Positions 29,383-40,295 of a stretch of DNA of 64,000 nucleotides are shown piece by piece. Within the stretch, counting starts at the first letter, position 1; each line of letters starts with the position of its first letter. A model generated the notes under the pieces. That model was not told where the DNA came from and did no database searches. It saw only the letters and a list, made by a program, of their open reading frames with translations. Source of the DNA: Polyangiaceae bacterium (lineage in GTDB: Bacteria > Myxococcota_A > Polyangia > Polyangiales > Polyangiaceae); assembly GCA_965222375.1 (NCBI GenBank), contig CBDCTZ010000016.1:2432001-2496000 (forward strand), given 5' to 3'. A program made the translations under genes and the position numbers.

Positions 29383-31635
29383 ATGCCCGAATCCGAGTGG
29401 AAGCCCACGGCCTGCATCCTGTGTGAATGCAACTGCGGTTTGCAGGTACAACTCGGCGGCGACGACGGCCGCCATTTGGTGCGATTGCGCGGGGACCGCG
29501 CCCACCCGGCATCGCGAGGCTACGCCTGTGAAAAGGCGCATCGCCTAGACCACTACCAGCACGGGCTGGATCGCATCACCCAGCCACTGCGGCGACGGCC
29601 GGACGGAGGCTTCGACGAGATCGATTGGGATACCGCGATTTCCGAGGTTGCTAGTCGACTAGCCGCGGTCAGAGACCGTCACGGTGGCGAGAGCATCTTC
29701 TATTACGGCGGCGGAGGGCAGGGGAATCACTTGCCTGGCGCCCATGCCACAGCGACCCGGCGAGTGCTTCAGTCGCGCTACCGCTCCAGTGCCTTGGCCC
29801 AAGAAAAGACCGGGGAGTTCTGGGTCAGTCAGCGCATGCTCGGCACGTATACTCGAGGCGACTTCGAGAACTGTGAGGTCGGCGTGTTCTTGGGCAAGAA
29901 CCCCTGGCACTCTCACTCGATTCCTCGGGCCAGGGTGGTCCTGAAGACCATTGCCAAGGATCCGGAGCGCGCGCTGATCGTGGTCGATCCGCGTCGCACG
30001 GAAACCGCTGCGATGGCGGAAATCCACCTCCAGGTTCGACCCGGGCAGGACGCTTACCTAGTCGCGGCACTCGGGGCCGTGCTGCTGGAAGAGAAGCTGC
30101 ACGACCAAGAGTTCCTGTCGGAACGCACTACGGGTCTGGACGAAGTAGCCGAGGCTTTAGGCGCCGTCCCAATTTCCGATTTTTGCGTTCGCGCTGGCGT
30201 GCCCGAAGCACTCGTGCGCAAGGCCGCGCGTCGAATCGCGGCGGCCAAGAGTGTGGCCAGCTTCGAAGACCTGGGCGTGCAGATGAATCGGCACTCCACG
30301 CTGGTCAGCTACCTGCACCGCATGCTGTGGCTTTTGACCGGCAACTTCGGCAAACCCGGTACGCACTACGTTCCCACGACCTTGGTCAATCTGGCAGCGG
30401 GTTCCACCGGCCGCAAAAGCCCCGTCGTGGGGGCGGAAATCATCAGCGGATTGGTGCCCTGCAACGTCATTCCCGACGAAATCCTGACGGACCACGACAA
30501 GCGTTACCGCGCGATGCTCGTGGAGGCGGCCAACCCGGCCCACTCGCTGGCCGACAGCAAGCGCATGCGACAGGCCCTGAGTGCCCTCGACACCCTGGTC
30601 GTGATCGACGTTGCTATGAGCGAAACGGCCGAGCTAGCCGACTACGTTCTGCCGGCCTCGACCCAGTTCGAAAAAGCCGAGGCGACGTTCTTCAACTTCG
30701 AGTTCCCCCACAACTACTTCCACCTGCGACCACGCCTCTTTCCCCCGCCGGACGGCCCCCTGTCCGAAGCGGAGATCCACTGTCGGCTGGTCGAAGCTCT
30801 CGGCGCAGTCACTGCCGAGGACTTGAAGCCACTGCATGAAGCGGCAGCGCAAGGCCTGCAGGCTTACGGCCAAGCCCTCATGGCTCACGTGCTCCCGAAC
30901 CCGAAGCTCGCGCCCTTGGCGCCGGTAATCTTGTACCGGACTCTTGGTCCGACCTTGCCCGAAGAATTGGCAGAGGGCGCGGTCGTGTTCGGTCTGGCGT
31001 TCAAAGCGGCGTTGGAAAGCGCCGAGCCCTTGGCCCGCGCCGGCTTCGGGGGTTCTCCAGGGCAGGCCGCGGAGCGCCTGTTCCAGGCATTGCTCTCGAC
31101 TCCCAGTGGGGTCGTCTTCGCCGTCGACGAGTGGAGCGACGTGCAGGGGCGCATCGGCACGGACGATGGCAAGATCCACCTCGAGGTGCCCGAGCTACTC
31201 CGAGCCCTAGAAGAGCTCATCGCTGAGCCCGCTGAGCCTGACCCACAGTTTCCCCTGGTGCTGTCCGCCGGTGAGCGTCGCTCCTTCACCGCCAATACGA
31301 TCATCCGAGACCCGGCTTGGCGCCAAAAGGACGCCCTCGGCGCCCTGCGCATCAGTCCCCAAGATGCTTCAGCGCTAGGTGTCGATAGCGGTGACCAAGT
31401 CAAGTTGAGCACCAAACGAGACAGTGCGATCGTGACCGTCGAGGTGTCAGACACGATGCAAGCTGGCCACATCTCCCTCCCCAACGGACTCGGACTTTCC
31501 TACCCCGCGGGCGACAGCCGGCACACCACGGGCGTTGCTCCCAACGAGCTCACGTCCAGCGAGGAACGCGACCCGATTGCCGGAACTCCTTGGCACAAGC
31601 ACGTGCCCGCCCGGGTCGAACCCCTGGAGGCATGA
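29383..31635 (+). CDS. Molybdopterin-dependent oxidoreductase
   Basis: 4Fe-4S motif CILCECNC..C, VVDPRRTETA, SETAELADYVLPA, C-terminal molybdopterin dinucleotide-binding domain. Confidence 0.92.
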   Translation: MPESEWKPTACILCECNCGLQVQLGGDDGRHLVRLRGDRAHPASRGYACEKAHRLDHYQHGLDRITQPLRRRPDGGFDEIDWDTAISEVASRLAAVRDRHGGESIFYYGGGGQGNHLPGAHATATRRVLQSRYRSSALAQEKTGEFWVSQRMLGTYTRGDFENCEVGVFLGKNPWHSHSIPRARVVLKTIAKDPERALIVVDPRRTETAAMAEIHLQVRPGQDAYLVAALGAVLLEEKLHDQEFLSERTTGLDEVAEALGAVPISDFCVRAGVPEALVRKAARRIAAAKSVASFEDLGVQMNRHSTLVSYLHRMLWLLTGNFGKPGTHYVPTTLVNLAAGSTGRKSPVVGAEIISGLVPCNVIPDEILTDHDKRYRAMLVEAANPAHSLADSKRMRQALSALDTLVVIDVAMSETAELADYVLPASTQFEKAEATFFNFEFPHNYFHLRPRLFPPPDGPLSEAEIHCRLVEALGAVTAEDLKPLHEAAAQGLQAYGQALMAHVLPNPKLAPLAPVILYRTLGPTLPEELAEGAVVFGLAFKAALESAEPLARAGFGGSPGQAAERLFQALLSTPSGVVFAVDEWSDVQGRIGTDDGKIHLEVPELLRALEELIAEPAEPDPQFPLVLSAGERRSFTANTIIRDPAWRQKDALGALRISPQDASALGVDSGDQVKLSTKRDSAIVTVEVSDTMQAGHISLPNGLGLSYPAGDSRHTTGVAPNELTSSEERDPIAGTPWHKHVPARVEPLEA

Positions 31636-31780
31636 GCCAGCGCAGCTCCCGGGGCGAAATCGGCCTAAATTGACTGCGTTCTGCCGGGTCCCGGCACTTG
31701 AGGTGTGAAAAGCGCCGGGCGCTTGGGTAGTCTGCAAGGCCATGGCAAAACGTCCAGCCGACGGGGGTGGCAGAAAGACG

Positions 31781-34525
31781 ATGCCCAACGTCTTGGAGAC
31801 GTTGCCCGACGACGCCTTCAGGCCTGAAGACAGGCCCGAATCCCAGCCCCCGTCCGGGGATCCCGAGGCTCTCAGTCGCCTCGCTGCCTGGTCTCGGCAT
31901 GAGCCCGTCATGTTGCTGGTCGTGGCCGAAGGCCTCGAGAAGCAGCTGCGGCCGGCCCTCGAGCTCCGGGATTTGCGTGTGCATGTCGCCACCCCGGACC
32001 GCGCTGTAGAACGTGTGACGCGGTTGACGCCGGACCTGGTTGTCCTCGATGACACCTTAGACGCCGTGCCGACGCTGAGGGAGCTCAGCACCGATCCCGC
32101 TGCGGCAAGTAGCCCGGTGGTCGTGCTGACCGAAAAGGCCGCCCTGGCCGAACGCTTGCGCGCTTTCCGTCACGGCGCCGCGCTGGTCTTGCCTCTGGCG
32201 GAGGATGTCGGCGCCCTGGCGCTCGAAATCGAACGCGCTGCCCGCGGAGCAGCAGGTCTCGAAGCTCACGAAGTCGTTGGCGCCGCGGGGGAAGCCACCC
32301 TGGACGAGTTGGTGCAAACCCTGGAGAGCGAGCTGCGTACTGGCATTCTCTCCGTCTGGCCGAACGATGACACCGAGGCCACGGCAACGCGCTTGGTCCT
32401 GGGAGGGGGGCGCCCGCTGACTGCCGCCATCGATTCCTTCGTGCGCACGGTGCGAGAAAACGTCGTATCCGCCGAACCGTTGCGCTACGAGTTCGAGCAG
32501 TACGCCGGGGGCGAGGTCGAGGACGTCGTCGATTCGGACTTGGTTTGGGACGCGCCAACCGCCGAACTCTCCGGCCTGCGGGTCCTTCTGGCCGATGCGG
32601 ACGCTCCCCGGGCAGACGCCGTCGCCATGGCGCTGCGAGACCAAGGAGTCGAAGTCTTCGTTGCGGATTTGGCGCCGCCGGAAGGCCGCTTTCGCCGGCT
32701 GCGGGAGACAGATCCTGCCGCTATTCTCATCTCGCGTCATGACGCGGAAAGGACCGGATACGAGTTCATCCGTGAGGTGAGGCGGGATGTTCGACTGCGC
32801 TGGGCAAATCTGCTGCTGGTGAACTGGGATGGGCTCTGGGATGACGCGTCCGGCGCATCCGTGGATACCCTCATTCCAGCACTCACACGCTTTCACGAGA
32901 AAGAGGCGGAGCTGGTTTCGGCGGCCTCCAGTGCGGAGGGACTGAACACGCGAGTGGAGTTGCTCGGGCCCGCCCGTCTGCTGCGCGCTCTATGCCAGGT
33001 GCCGACGCTTCGCAGGGTCTCGGTCAGCTCGCGCCGAGTGCACGCTGAGTTGGACGTCGCGGGTGGCAAGGTCGTCGGTGCGGCCGCCAAGTTGCTGGAT
33101 TCCCAAGAGGCTGAACTGGAGGGTGCGGCGGCAGTGGCCGCGTTTCTGGTCATTGCCACGGGCAGTGTGCGTGTCGGCCCCTCCGAACAACCACTGGCCG
33201 AGACCGTTCAAGAGGCCGCATCCGCGGCCCTGCGGGTGGCCGAAGAGCAGCCCGAACGTCTGCAGCCATCGGTCTACGCGCCTCCGATCAGCGCACGCTT
33301 GCGCCGTCTCGCGCCCAAGAAGCCGGCGTCCGCGCCGCCCTCTGCTCCGCCTGCGACGTCGGTGTCGCGCACGGCGTCCACGACGCCTGCGCCGCCTGAC
33401 TCGCCCGCACCTCCGGCCGCCCCGCCTCCGCTGCCGCCTGTGCACGTGGATCCCGATCTCTCCGAGGATGACGTGGACGATCTTGTGGAAACCCTTGGCA
33501 CCTCTGCCGTGGTGGATCCCGGCGTGGACGCACCCGTCAAGTCGGAGCGAGCTGACGAGCGCGTGCTCGCGCCGTCCGCTCCGCCCCCCTTGCCGGGATC
33601 TCATCGGTCGCCCCTGAGTGACCCGAAACCGAAGTCGGTTCCGCCGCCGCTCAGCGCCCGTTCCGCTGGAGATAGTCCAACCGAGAGGCCCACCTCCGAG
33701 ACGAAGCGAGTGGAACCGCAGGAGGAGGCAGAGCCGGCTTCGAGCCTTGCATGGCTCTGGCTCGTGGCGGCTTTGGTCGTGGGCGGCATCGTCGTCTTTG
33801 CGTTTCGTTCTGGGCCCGACGAGCCGGCGCCAGAGGCCCCCACTGCCGCGCCGACCGAGACGGTCACTCCGGCCACAACGACTCCACCCGCCCGACCGAC
33901 GCCCGAGCCAGCGCCGGTTGCATTGAAGGTGCCCCAGCTGCCGCAGAAGAAGCTCTCCAGCTGTGACGAGCTGCTGAGCTCGGTTCCCGTACCGGAAGGT
34001 GTCTACCTCGGAGCCGCCCTGGCGAAACTCAAGCAGGCACGTGAAGCCTTGGGACGCAAGAGCCTGGATGAGGCTCGGCATCTTTTCTGTCACGCTCTGC
34101 GCTTTGATCCATCCAACGTCGCGGCCAGCACGGATCTGTCTCGCATGCTGGTGGACCTGCGTGACGGGGATCAGGCGCTTCAATGGGCCAAGAAGGCGAG
34201 TGCTGCTGCCGACGCACCCGTTACCGCCAAACTGACCTTGGCCGATGCTCAGGCGCTTGTCGGATCTTACGACGAAGCCGCCAAGACTCTTGCCGGGATT
34301 GCCTCTCCGGATGGCGGCCCCAATGCCAGTCAACAGCAGGCGACCGAGGCGCTGAAAAAGGATGAACCCCGGCTAGCCGAACGGCTCTTTGTGCGTATAC
34401 TCCTGCGTCGCCCCGACGATGGCGATGCGGCGCGGGGTGTCGCGACTGCTCTCGGCGCACAAGAGCTGCCCGAGGCCGAGGCGTGGCGGACCTACGCGGA
34501 CGCCCTGGATCGCCGCAAACGCTGA
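31781..34525 (+). CDS. Membrane-anchored signalling protein with receiver-like domains, Pro-rich linker, TM helix and TPR
   Basis: PDLVVLDD and LRVLLADAD receiver-like segments, TM WLWLVAALVVGGIVVFAF, C-terminal helical repeats; start 31742 or 31781. Confidence 0.7.
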   Translation: MPNVLETLPDDAFRPEDRPESQPPSGDPEALSRLAAWSRHEPVMLLVVAEGLEKQLRPALELRDLRVHVATPDRAVERVTRLTPDLVVLDDTLDAVPTLRELSTDPAAASSPVVVLTEKAALAERLRAFRHGAALVLPLAEDVGALALEIERAARGAAGLEAHEVVGAAGEATLDELVQTLESELRTGILSVWPNDDTEATATRLVLGGGRPLTAAIDSFVRTVRENVVSAEPLRYEFEQYAGGEVEDVVDSDLVWDAPTAELSGLRVLLADADAPRADAVAMALRDQGVEVFVADLAPPEGRFRRLRETDPAAILISRHDAERTGYEFIREVRRDVRLRWANLLLVNWDGLWDDASGASVDTLIPALTRFHEKEAELVSAASSAEGLNTRVELLGPARLLRALCQVPTLRRVSVSSRRVHAELDVAGGKVVGAAAKLLDSQEAELEGAAAVAAFLVIATGSVRVGPSEQPLAETVQEAASAALRVAEEQPERLQPSVYAPPISARLRRLAPKKPASAPPSAPPATSVSRTASTTPAPPDSPAPPAAPPPLPPVHVDPDLSEDDVDDLVETLGTSAVVDPGVDAPVKSERADERVLAPSAPPPLPGSHRSPLSDPKPKSVPPPLSARSAGDSPTERPTSETKRVEPQEEAEPASSLAWLWLVAALVVGGIVVFAFRSGPDEPAPEAPTAAPTETVTPATTTPPARPTPEPAPVALKVPQLPQKKLSSCDELLSSVPVPEGVYLGAALAKLKQAREALGRKSLDEARHLFCHALRFDPSNVAASTDLSRMLVDLRDGDQALQWAKKASAAADAPVTAKLTLADAQALVGSYDEAAKTLAGIASPDGGPNASQQQATEALKKDEPRLAERLFVRILLRRPDDGDAARGVATALGAQELPEAEAWRTYADALDRRKR

Positions 34526-34592
34526 AACGCTCCGCGGAAGGCATTTCGGCTGGTCGGGGTGACGGAAGGTCCCAAAGCGCTAGGTTCGACCC

Positions 34593-35201
34593 GTGACATC
34601 CACGCCCTTCCGCGACGAGCTAGCGCGTCGGCTAGATGGCTTCGAGCGTAGGCCGTTGCAGCTGGGGTCGCGGCGCGCAGCGTCGGTTGCCTTCGCGATC
34701 GTCACAACCCCCGAGCCCGGATTCCTGCTCACCCGCCGGCCGACGAATGCGCCCAGGCACCCAGGTCAGTTCGCCTTGCCCGGGGGTCGAGCGGAACTTG
34801 GAGAATCCCCCGGGGACACGGCGCGAAGGGAACTTCAGGAAGAACTCGGCGTCGCATTGCCCGAGTCCGCCCTGCTCGGCTGCCTCGACGACTACGCGAC
34901 CCGCTCCGGTTTCGTCATCACGCCTGCGGTCTTGTGGTGTGGTCCCGATCCGGCCGTGCAACCAGATCCAGGCGAAGTTGCGGAGGTGTACCGGGTGGCC
35001 TTGGAAGACCTCCGGGGCGACGACTTGGTACAAGAGCACGAGGCCACGGAGCCCGGGCGCCCCATCGTGTCCCTGGGCCTGGTGGGAACCCGTGTGTTCG
35101 CGCCTACGGCAGCGCTCATCCTGCAGTTTCGTGAGCTCGCTCTATTCGGGCGCACGCTGCGCGTGGCTCACTACGACCAGCCACGTTTCGCGTGGCAGTG
35201 A
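34593..35201 (+). CDS. Nudix CoA pyrophosphatase
   Basis: LLTRR....HPGQFALPGG and Nudix box ARRELQEELG. Confidence 0.9.
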   Translation: MTSTPFRDELARRLDGFERRPLQLGSRRAASVAFAIVTTPEPGFLLTRRPTNAPRHPGQFALPGGRAELGESPGDTARRELQEELGVALPESALLGCLDDYATRSGFVITPAVLWCGPDPAVQPDPGEVAEVYRVALEDLRGDDLVQEHEATEPGRPIVSLGLVGTRVFAPTAALILQFRELALFGRTLRVAHYDQPRFAWQ

Positions 35202-35209
35202 GCCCAGGC

Positions 35210-37507
35210 TCACATTTCGATCAACAAGAGGTGTCCGAGGCTGAAGCGACCGTCTCCGCCATCTCCGCGGACCTCAAGGGAGTTGAAGCCATGTCGTCGT
35301 GCGTCATCGGGCGTCGGGATCCGGTGCTGCGCAAGCCCGCCGCCATTCGCCCGAGGTTCGATCCGGCTCGTGGCGACTTCTTTTCCGTTCAGCAGGTAGC
35401 GCACTACGTAGATGTCGTTGTTGTCCACGGATAGATCCAGCCACGCAGCTCGTGCCTGCACCGGAAGCCGCACGATCAGCCCGCCCGTATCGAATAGGGC
35501 GTTGGTGGGGTGGTCCCAAAGGCTGTTTTCCTGCTTCACCTTGCCCAGCGCGGCCAGGGGAACGTCAGCCGGTGTGTTGGGCAGCCGGCAGCGCATCGTC
35601 GGCGTGTCATTGGTCTTCACGAGTGTCGCGTCGTACACCGGCTCGTTGCCGACGGACCCACGCAGTGCGAGCAGGATGTCCACCTTCATCTCACGTTCGA
35701 GCTCCAGCACCGCGCCCTCGCCACCCGTGCGCGTCGCGGCAGTGGACCCGCAGCGATAGCCTACCGTGAGCCGGGGCGACTCGGGGTTCACCTGAAGACG
35801 CCAGCGACCCGCTGGCAAGACGAGCGCTGGCACTTCGGCCAAGGTGTTGAGGCCAACATGCGCCACGAGGCGTTGCCCTAGGAGAGTGGCCTTGGAGCTG
35901 CCGCTGGCGAATAGATAACCTGGGATCTGCACGCGATCCGCGTGACGCCGCACGCCCAAGATCCCATCCTCACGCCGCATCCACCAATCGCCGGTGGCTC
36001 GGTTCCCCCGTTGGCCGACCACCCGCACGCGCTGATAGTGCTTGGCGAACTCCGGGGACCGTTGCATCTGCCTGCCCGAGAGAAAGGTCGGATTCCAAGC
36101 GCCCGCCGCATTATTGAACGCGATGATGTCGGGTTTGCGGCTGAGCACATACGCGCCATCCCCCAGCTCGTGCCCAATGCCGCCCAGACCAAAGTTGGGC
36201 GGAGGGTTTTCCGCAATGTGGATGTCGTTCAATCCCAGCATGTCGAGGCTCGGCAAGCCCGACCAATAAGGAAGCGCCCCGGCCGCATCGACCGCAAGGA
36301 GTGGCTTCGAGTGTCCGAAGGCGACACGCATCAAGTGACCCACGGAGTAGCCATCCCACTCCCAGCGCTCCTTGATCGCACGCTGGTTTTCTGAATCGAG
36401 CCCCTGAAAGTGAAAACTGGTGAGCAACGTCGGGATCGCCACCGCCGGCACCAACCAGCCACGCTGCCGCACCCTGTGCACCACTGCCTCGGCCCCCTCC
36501 GCGACCACCACGGCGAGGGCAATCAGCCCAAACAGCAGCTGGCGCCAGCCAGGGAAGATGTCGCCCCCGACTAGCGCCACGTACACGGACCACAAAACGA
36601 ACACCGTGGTCGGCACCAGCCAGCGCCCGCGGGGAACTCGGCCTTTGGCGACCAAGATCCCCAGCACCGCCAAGGCGACGATGGGCATCACCGGGGTGAG
36701 CCCTTGCCACACGTGATCGTAGCCCCGCTCCACCCGGTGCCAATTGAAGCTCACCTTGATTGCCGCGGTCTGCGGCACCCACTTACCATAGTACAACACC
36801 CGAAACGTCATCTGCCCGCACCAGGCCAACACCGGCAGCCCGAGTACTGCGACCAATCGCTTGATGTTGCTCCAAGATAGCCGAGCGGAGAGCAACATGC
36901 CCGCGGCGATGGCAGCGACGAGGATGGCGCCGTCCCCACGCAGCAAGACGAGGGCGGCCAGCAACACGCCAGCCACCAAATAGGCTCGGCGTTTCTTGGT
37001 TTGAGTCTCCAGCACGTGGCGCACGGCCACCAAGGCGGCCGCCAACACCCCCGCCATGAAGCCATGCTCCAGGGCGCCGATGGCCCACACCGCCAGGGGC
37101 GCACACAGCGCCAAGAACAGCCCGCCGCTCAAAAGCCGCAGCGGCTCGATCCGCAGTCGGCGCGCGGACAGCGCCACCATCGCGATGGCGACCCCGGCGC
37201 CAATGGCGTCCATGGTCCGCGCGGCCTCGATCATGTTGCGCCGGAAGAGTCGCCCGATGGACATCATCAGGACCCAGAGCAGATCCGTGTAGCCCTCGAC
37301 TCGCTGGCCGTCGGACCAGGTCAAGCCATGGCCGTCCGCGAGGCGCCGTGCGTAGACCAGCGAGATCATCGCGTCGTCGGATAGGAACGGCCAGTACTTG
37401 TGCGCGTGCCACGCAAGGATGGCATAGGCGGGCAGGAGCAGCAGCAGAGACCGCAGCAGGTCGCCGAGGGCGGCGCTCTGAGCCAGCTTTCGGTAGCCGC
37501 GGATCAT
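35210..37507 (-). CDS. GT-C-fold membrane glycosyltransferase with C-terminal soluble domains
   Basis: DDAMISLVYARRLADGHGL...VEGYTDLLW, GGD, AAGALPY, DMLGLND motifs; many TM helices; start uncertain. Confidence 0.75.
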   Translation of the reverse strand: MIRGYRKLAQSAALGDLLRSLLLLLPAYAILAWHAHKYWPFLSDDAMISLVYARRLADGHGLTWSDGQRVEGYTDLLWVLMMSIGRLFRRNMIEAARTMDAIGAGVAIAMVALSARRLRIEPLRLLSGGLFLALCAPLAVWAIGALEHGFMAGVLAAALVAVRHVLETQTKKRRAYLVAGVLLAALVLLRGDGAILVAAIAAGMLLSARLSWSNIKRLVAVLGLPVLAWCGQMTFRVLYYGKWVPQTAAIKVSFNWHRVERGYDHVWQGLTPVMPIVALAVLGILVAKGRVPRGRWLVPTTVFVLWSVYVALVGGDIFPGWRQLLFGLIALAVVVAEGAEAVVHRVRQRGWLVPAVAIPTLLTSFHFQGLDSENQRAIKERWEWDGYSVGHLMRVAFGHSKPLLAVDAAGALPYWSGLPSLDMLGLNDIHIAENPPPNFGLGGIGHELGDGAYVLSRKPDIIAFNNAAGAWNPTFLSGRQMQRSPEFAKHYQRVRVVGQRGNRATGDWWMRREDGILGVRRHADRVQIPGYLFASGSSKATLLGQRLVAHVGLNTLAEVPALVLPAGRWRLQVNPESPRLTVGYRCGSTAATRTGGEGAVLELEREMKVDILLALRGSVGNEPVYDATLVKTNDTPTMRCRLPNTPADVPLAALGKVKQENSLWDHPTNALFDTGGLIVRLPVQARAAWLDLSVDNNDIYVVRYLLNGKEVATSRIEPRANGGGLAQHRIPTPDDARRHGFNSLEVRGDGGDGRFSLGHLLLIEM

Positions 37508-37708
37508 CGCGCCGGAGAGTACGCGACCCTTGTGTCGATTCAAGCGCCGTGTGGTCTGCCTTGTCGAGCCTCGGAAGCCCCGGGCCGAAGTCTGCCAAGC
37601 TGTGCCAATTTGTGCGCGGGCGACACCTTGCCCAGGGTCACAAGAAGCGAACGGGGCGAGACATCTATCTCGCCCCGCTCTGATTGGGGAAACGCTACTT
37701 GGGCCTAA

Positions 37709-38992
37709 TTAAGGACGGAACTTGAAGTCAATCGTACCGCCATGGGCGGCATGGTTGATCTGGGTGTTGTCGAAGACGGCCACACCGAACTTGTAGACCT
37801 TCTTCAAGTCGTCGAACTGGACATCTTCAGCTGTGCCGGCCGTAGTGGTCAGCGCGCGCTTGATTTCCAGTGTCCACATGCCGTTGGCGTATTCAGCCTT
37901 GGTGCTCACATCGCCACGGCTACCCGCGAAGGCCGACGTGACCATACCAGCGACCTGATCTCCGGTCTTGAACGTGTCGACGAACTTCTGCTTCTCGCTG
38001 TCGAGGATCCAGAACACATCGTTGGCGACGAGCTCCTTGCCAGCCGGACCCATGAAGCACGGCAACGTGAGTGCGCCGGTCGGGTCACCTTCACACGCAG
38101 CAGCGAACTTGCCGAAGTTGTTGTCGATGTAGGCGCCCGGGCCCGTCTTGGTATCGCTCTTGCGACCGTTGCCAATCGTTGCCTGGTAGACGACATGCTT
38201 GTCATCCAACTGGCCGTTGGGCTCTGTGCGTACGGTCTTCCAGTGCCACATATCGGTAACCTCGCCCGGCTTGTTGTTGTACTTCTTGCCAGGGAAGGTC
38301 GGCGACGTGGGCGTGCTGTCCAAATGGCAACCTGCGAAGCAGCCGAGGGTCGCAAAGTCGGACGTGTTGACGTCCCACTGCACTGCGAACTTGTCTTCGT
38401 AGTACGTATTCTCGTGACCTGAGGAGTCCTTGTTCAAGAGCTGCTTCCAGCTATTGTCGGCTTGCTTCTCCCAGGGATAGCGCGCCAAGGATTTGGTGGG
38501 GTCGGCCCAAGTTGCCACGAAGTAAACGTCCGTCGTGGTGTAAACGCTCATCATCGTGACCTTGGTCTTGGTCAGGCCAGGATAGGACGGTGACGTCGGC
38601 GAACCGGACGGCGTGTACACTGAGTTAGCCGAAACTTCTTTTTCGAACTTAGGTAGGCAGCCCCAATCGTCGATCTTGCCATCGAGGGTCGGCGGCGTCG
38701 TCGTCAATACGGACTCCAATTCCGCACCCGAAGTGGGCTCGGTGCACGGTGCTCCCGAAGAGCCGCCTGCGCCACCCGTTGCGCCAGCCGTACCACCGGT
38801 TGCGCCAGCCGTACCACCGGTTGCGCCAGCCGTGCCACCGCCGCCGCTGCCCGAGGAACCGGCCATGCCAGCCGTGCCGCCCGTGCTGGGGTTCGCGGGG
38901 TCATCATCATCGCTGCCGCAACCACTCATCCCCGCCGCGCCGGCGAGTATCAAGGTGGCGCCCATGGTTGACAGGTTGAATAGTTTCGTCAT
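37709..38992 (-). CDS. Ethylbenzene dehydrogenase-related (EB_dh/DOMON) heme-binding lipoprotein
   Basis: LDGKIDDW, YYEDKFAVQW, CFAGCH, DMWHWK, WTLEIKRALTT, FGVAVFD. Confidence 0.8.
   Translation of the reverse strand: MTKLFNLSTMGATLILAGAAGMSGCGSDDDDPANPSTGGTAGMAGSSGSGGGGTAGATGGTAGATGGTAGATGGAGGSSGAPCTEPTSGAELESVLTTTPPTLDGKIDDWGCLPKFEKEVSANSVYTPSGSPTSPSYPGLTKTKVTMMSVYTTTDVYFVATWADPTKSLARYPWEKQADNSWKQLLNKDSSGHENTYYEDKFAVQWDVNTSDFATLGCFAGCHLDSTPTSPTFPGKKYNNKPGEVTDMWHWKTVRTEPNGQLDDKHVVYQATIGNGRKSDTKTGPGAYIDNNFGKFAAACEGDPTGALTLPCFMGPAGKELVANDVFWILDSEKQKFVDTFKTGDQVAGMVTSAFAGSRGDVSTKAEYANGMWTLEIKRALTTTAGTAEDVQFDDLKKVYKFGVAVFDNTQINHAAHGGTIDFKFRP
38778..38840. repeat. Three 21-bp tandem repeats coding a GGTAGAT linker
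   Basis: GTTGCGCCAGCCGT(A/G)CCACCG x3. Confidence 0.8.
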
Positions 38993-39044
38993 CACTCGTC
39001 TCGATTTCTCCCCCCGCGCCAAGGTAGGTTGGCTTGCCGCCAAC

Positions 39045-39059
39045 GCATCGGGCGTGCCA
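39045..39059 (-). promoter_or_regulatory. sigma54 promoter for the EB_dh gene
   Basis: TGGCAC-GCCCG-ATGC on the minus strand, about 50 bp upstream of the ATG. Confidence 0.55.
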
Positions 39060-39320
39060 ACGCAAACCAACGGGGGTTTTGCGAATTCACATCCAACTTC
39101 CGCGCACATGCAGCGTCGGTGAATCTCAGCGTGCAGTTCGTGCGTGCCCGCAACCCTCGCGTCAAAACGATGATGCGCACTCCGTGCGCGTGTCGAAGGT
39201 TCTGAACGGGTCTGCGCTTGAAGACAACTCGTTGTCACAGTGCAACAACTTGACGAAGCGAAGGCGAAGTGGATCGAATTCGCAGTCCGCGCAGCATCGT
39301 GTCGAACTGCGACGCCGTGG

Positions 39321-40295
39321 CTAGTGTTTGAGCTGCGACGGCGTGTTGGGGTGTTGAACCAAGAGCCTGCGCAAGTGCGCCTGGCGCTTCACGAAAGGCT
39401 GCTTGAGCAGATGCGCGAGCAACTGCGGCGGGCACGCCGCAAAGCGCGCCAGATTCTGAATGAAGATGCTCGAATTGTAGGGGCGGCTGCAGAGCAGACT
39501 CGTCGTGCGCTGATCGAGCGTTTGCCCCGACAGTTGCACCAAGCACCGGCCCTCCGTCGACACGATCAAGTTGACCCGCTCCTCAGGCTGCGCCTGCGCG
39601 AACCGCGTTTTCAGCTGGGCGCGTACCCAGGTGCGGTTCTTGGAGGGCAATTCATGGTCGATGCTCGCCTTGAACACGTCGCGAAGCGGCCTCTGCCCCA
39701 GCAAACGCCGCAAGATGCTCTCGCTGGCCTGCCCGTTCTGCAGTAGCGCTCGCTGTACCTGTGGGTCACGCAAGAACTGAGCGCGCTTGACGATCATCTC
39801 GAGGCCCGCGGATGTGCCGTGGTGTCGTGCCGCCATGCGCGCATGAGCGAGCCCCGCCGAGGAGTTATCGAAGACCGCATTGATCACCTGCGGCTCCGGG
39901 TCGAGACACAACGCGAGCAACCGCGCTGCACCAACGTGCCTCGCCTGTGCCATCCGCTCGTCTCGTGAAAGTGGCTTGAGCTCGAGCTCGTAAACTTGCC
40001 GCACGTTCTGCGAATTGTGCGCGAGCTGTTCCAATTCCGGGCTCACCGCGTCGTCGCCGGCCAGCGCGGCAACGCTTTCCGCCGCGTCAACGCTTTCTCC
40101 TTGCGTAGAGTCGCCGCCCTGCTGCGTCAAGGTTCCATCTTGTTCTGAGCCATCCTCGAGCGGTGGTGGAGGCTCCGATCCGTCCGGCATCTCGATGACG
40201 CGGGCCTTGGGCAGCTCTTCCGGTGCCTCCTCCTCGGAGAGAAAGAACTCCGGTCCGAGCACCAAAGGTTCGTCGTCATCCCCGGGTTGCGTCAC
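39321..40295 (-). CDS. Hypothetical all-helical protein
   Basis: Acidic N-terminus, helical-repeat body, GGAG RBS before GTG. Confidence 0.7.
   Translation of the reverse strand: MTQPGDDDEPLVLGPEFFLSEEEAPEELPKARVIEMPDGSEPPPPLEDGSEQDGTLTQQGGDSTQGESVDAAESVAALAGDDAVSPELEQLAHNSQNVRQVYELELKPLSRDERMAQARHVGAARLLALCLDPEPQVINAVFDNSSAGLAHARMAARHHGTSAGLEMIVKRAQFLRDPQVQRALLQNGQASESILRRLLGQRPLRDVFKASIDHELPSKNRTWVRAQLKTRFAQAQPEERVNLIVSTEGRCLVQLSGQTLDQRTTSLLCSRPYNSSIFIQNLARFAACPPQLLAHLLKQPFVKRQAHLRRLLVQHPNTPSQLKH

Noticed and set aside
38322..38345. Atypical CX3CH heme motif as a novelty
   Set aside because: To my knowledge CxxxCH is usual in EB_dh-related proteins.
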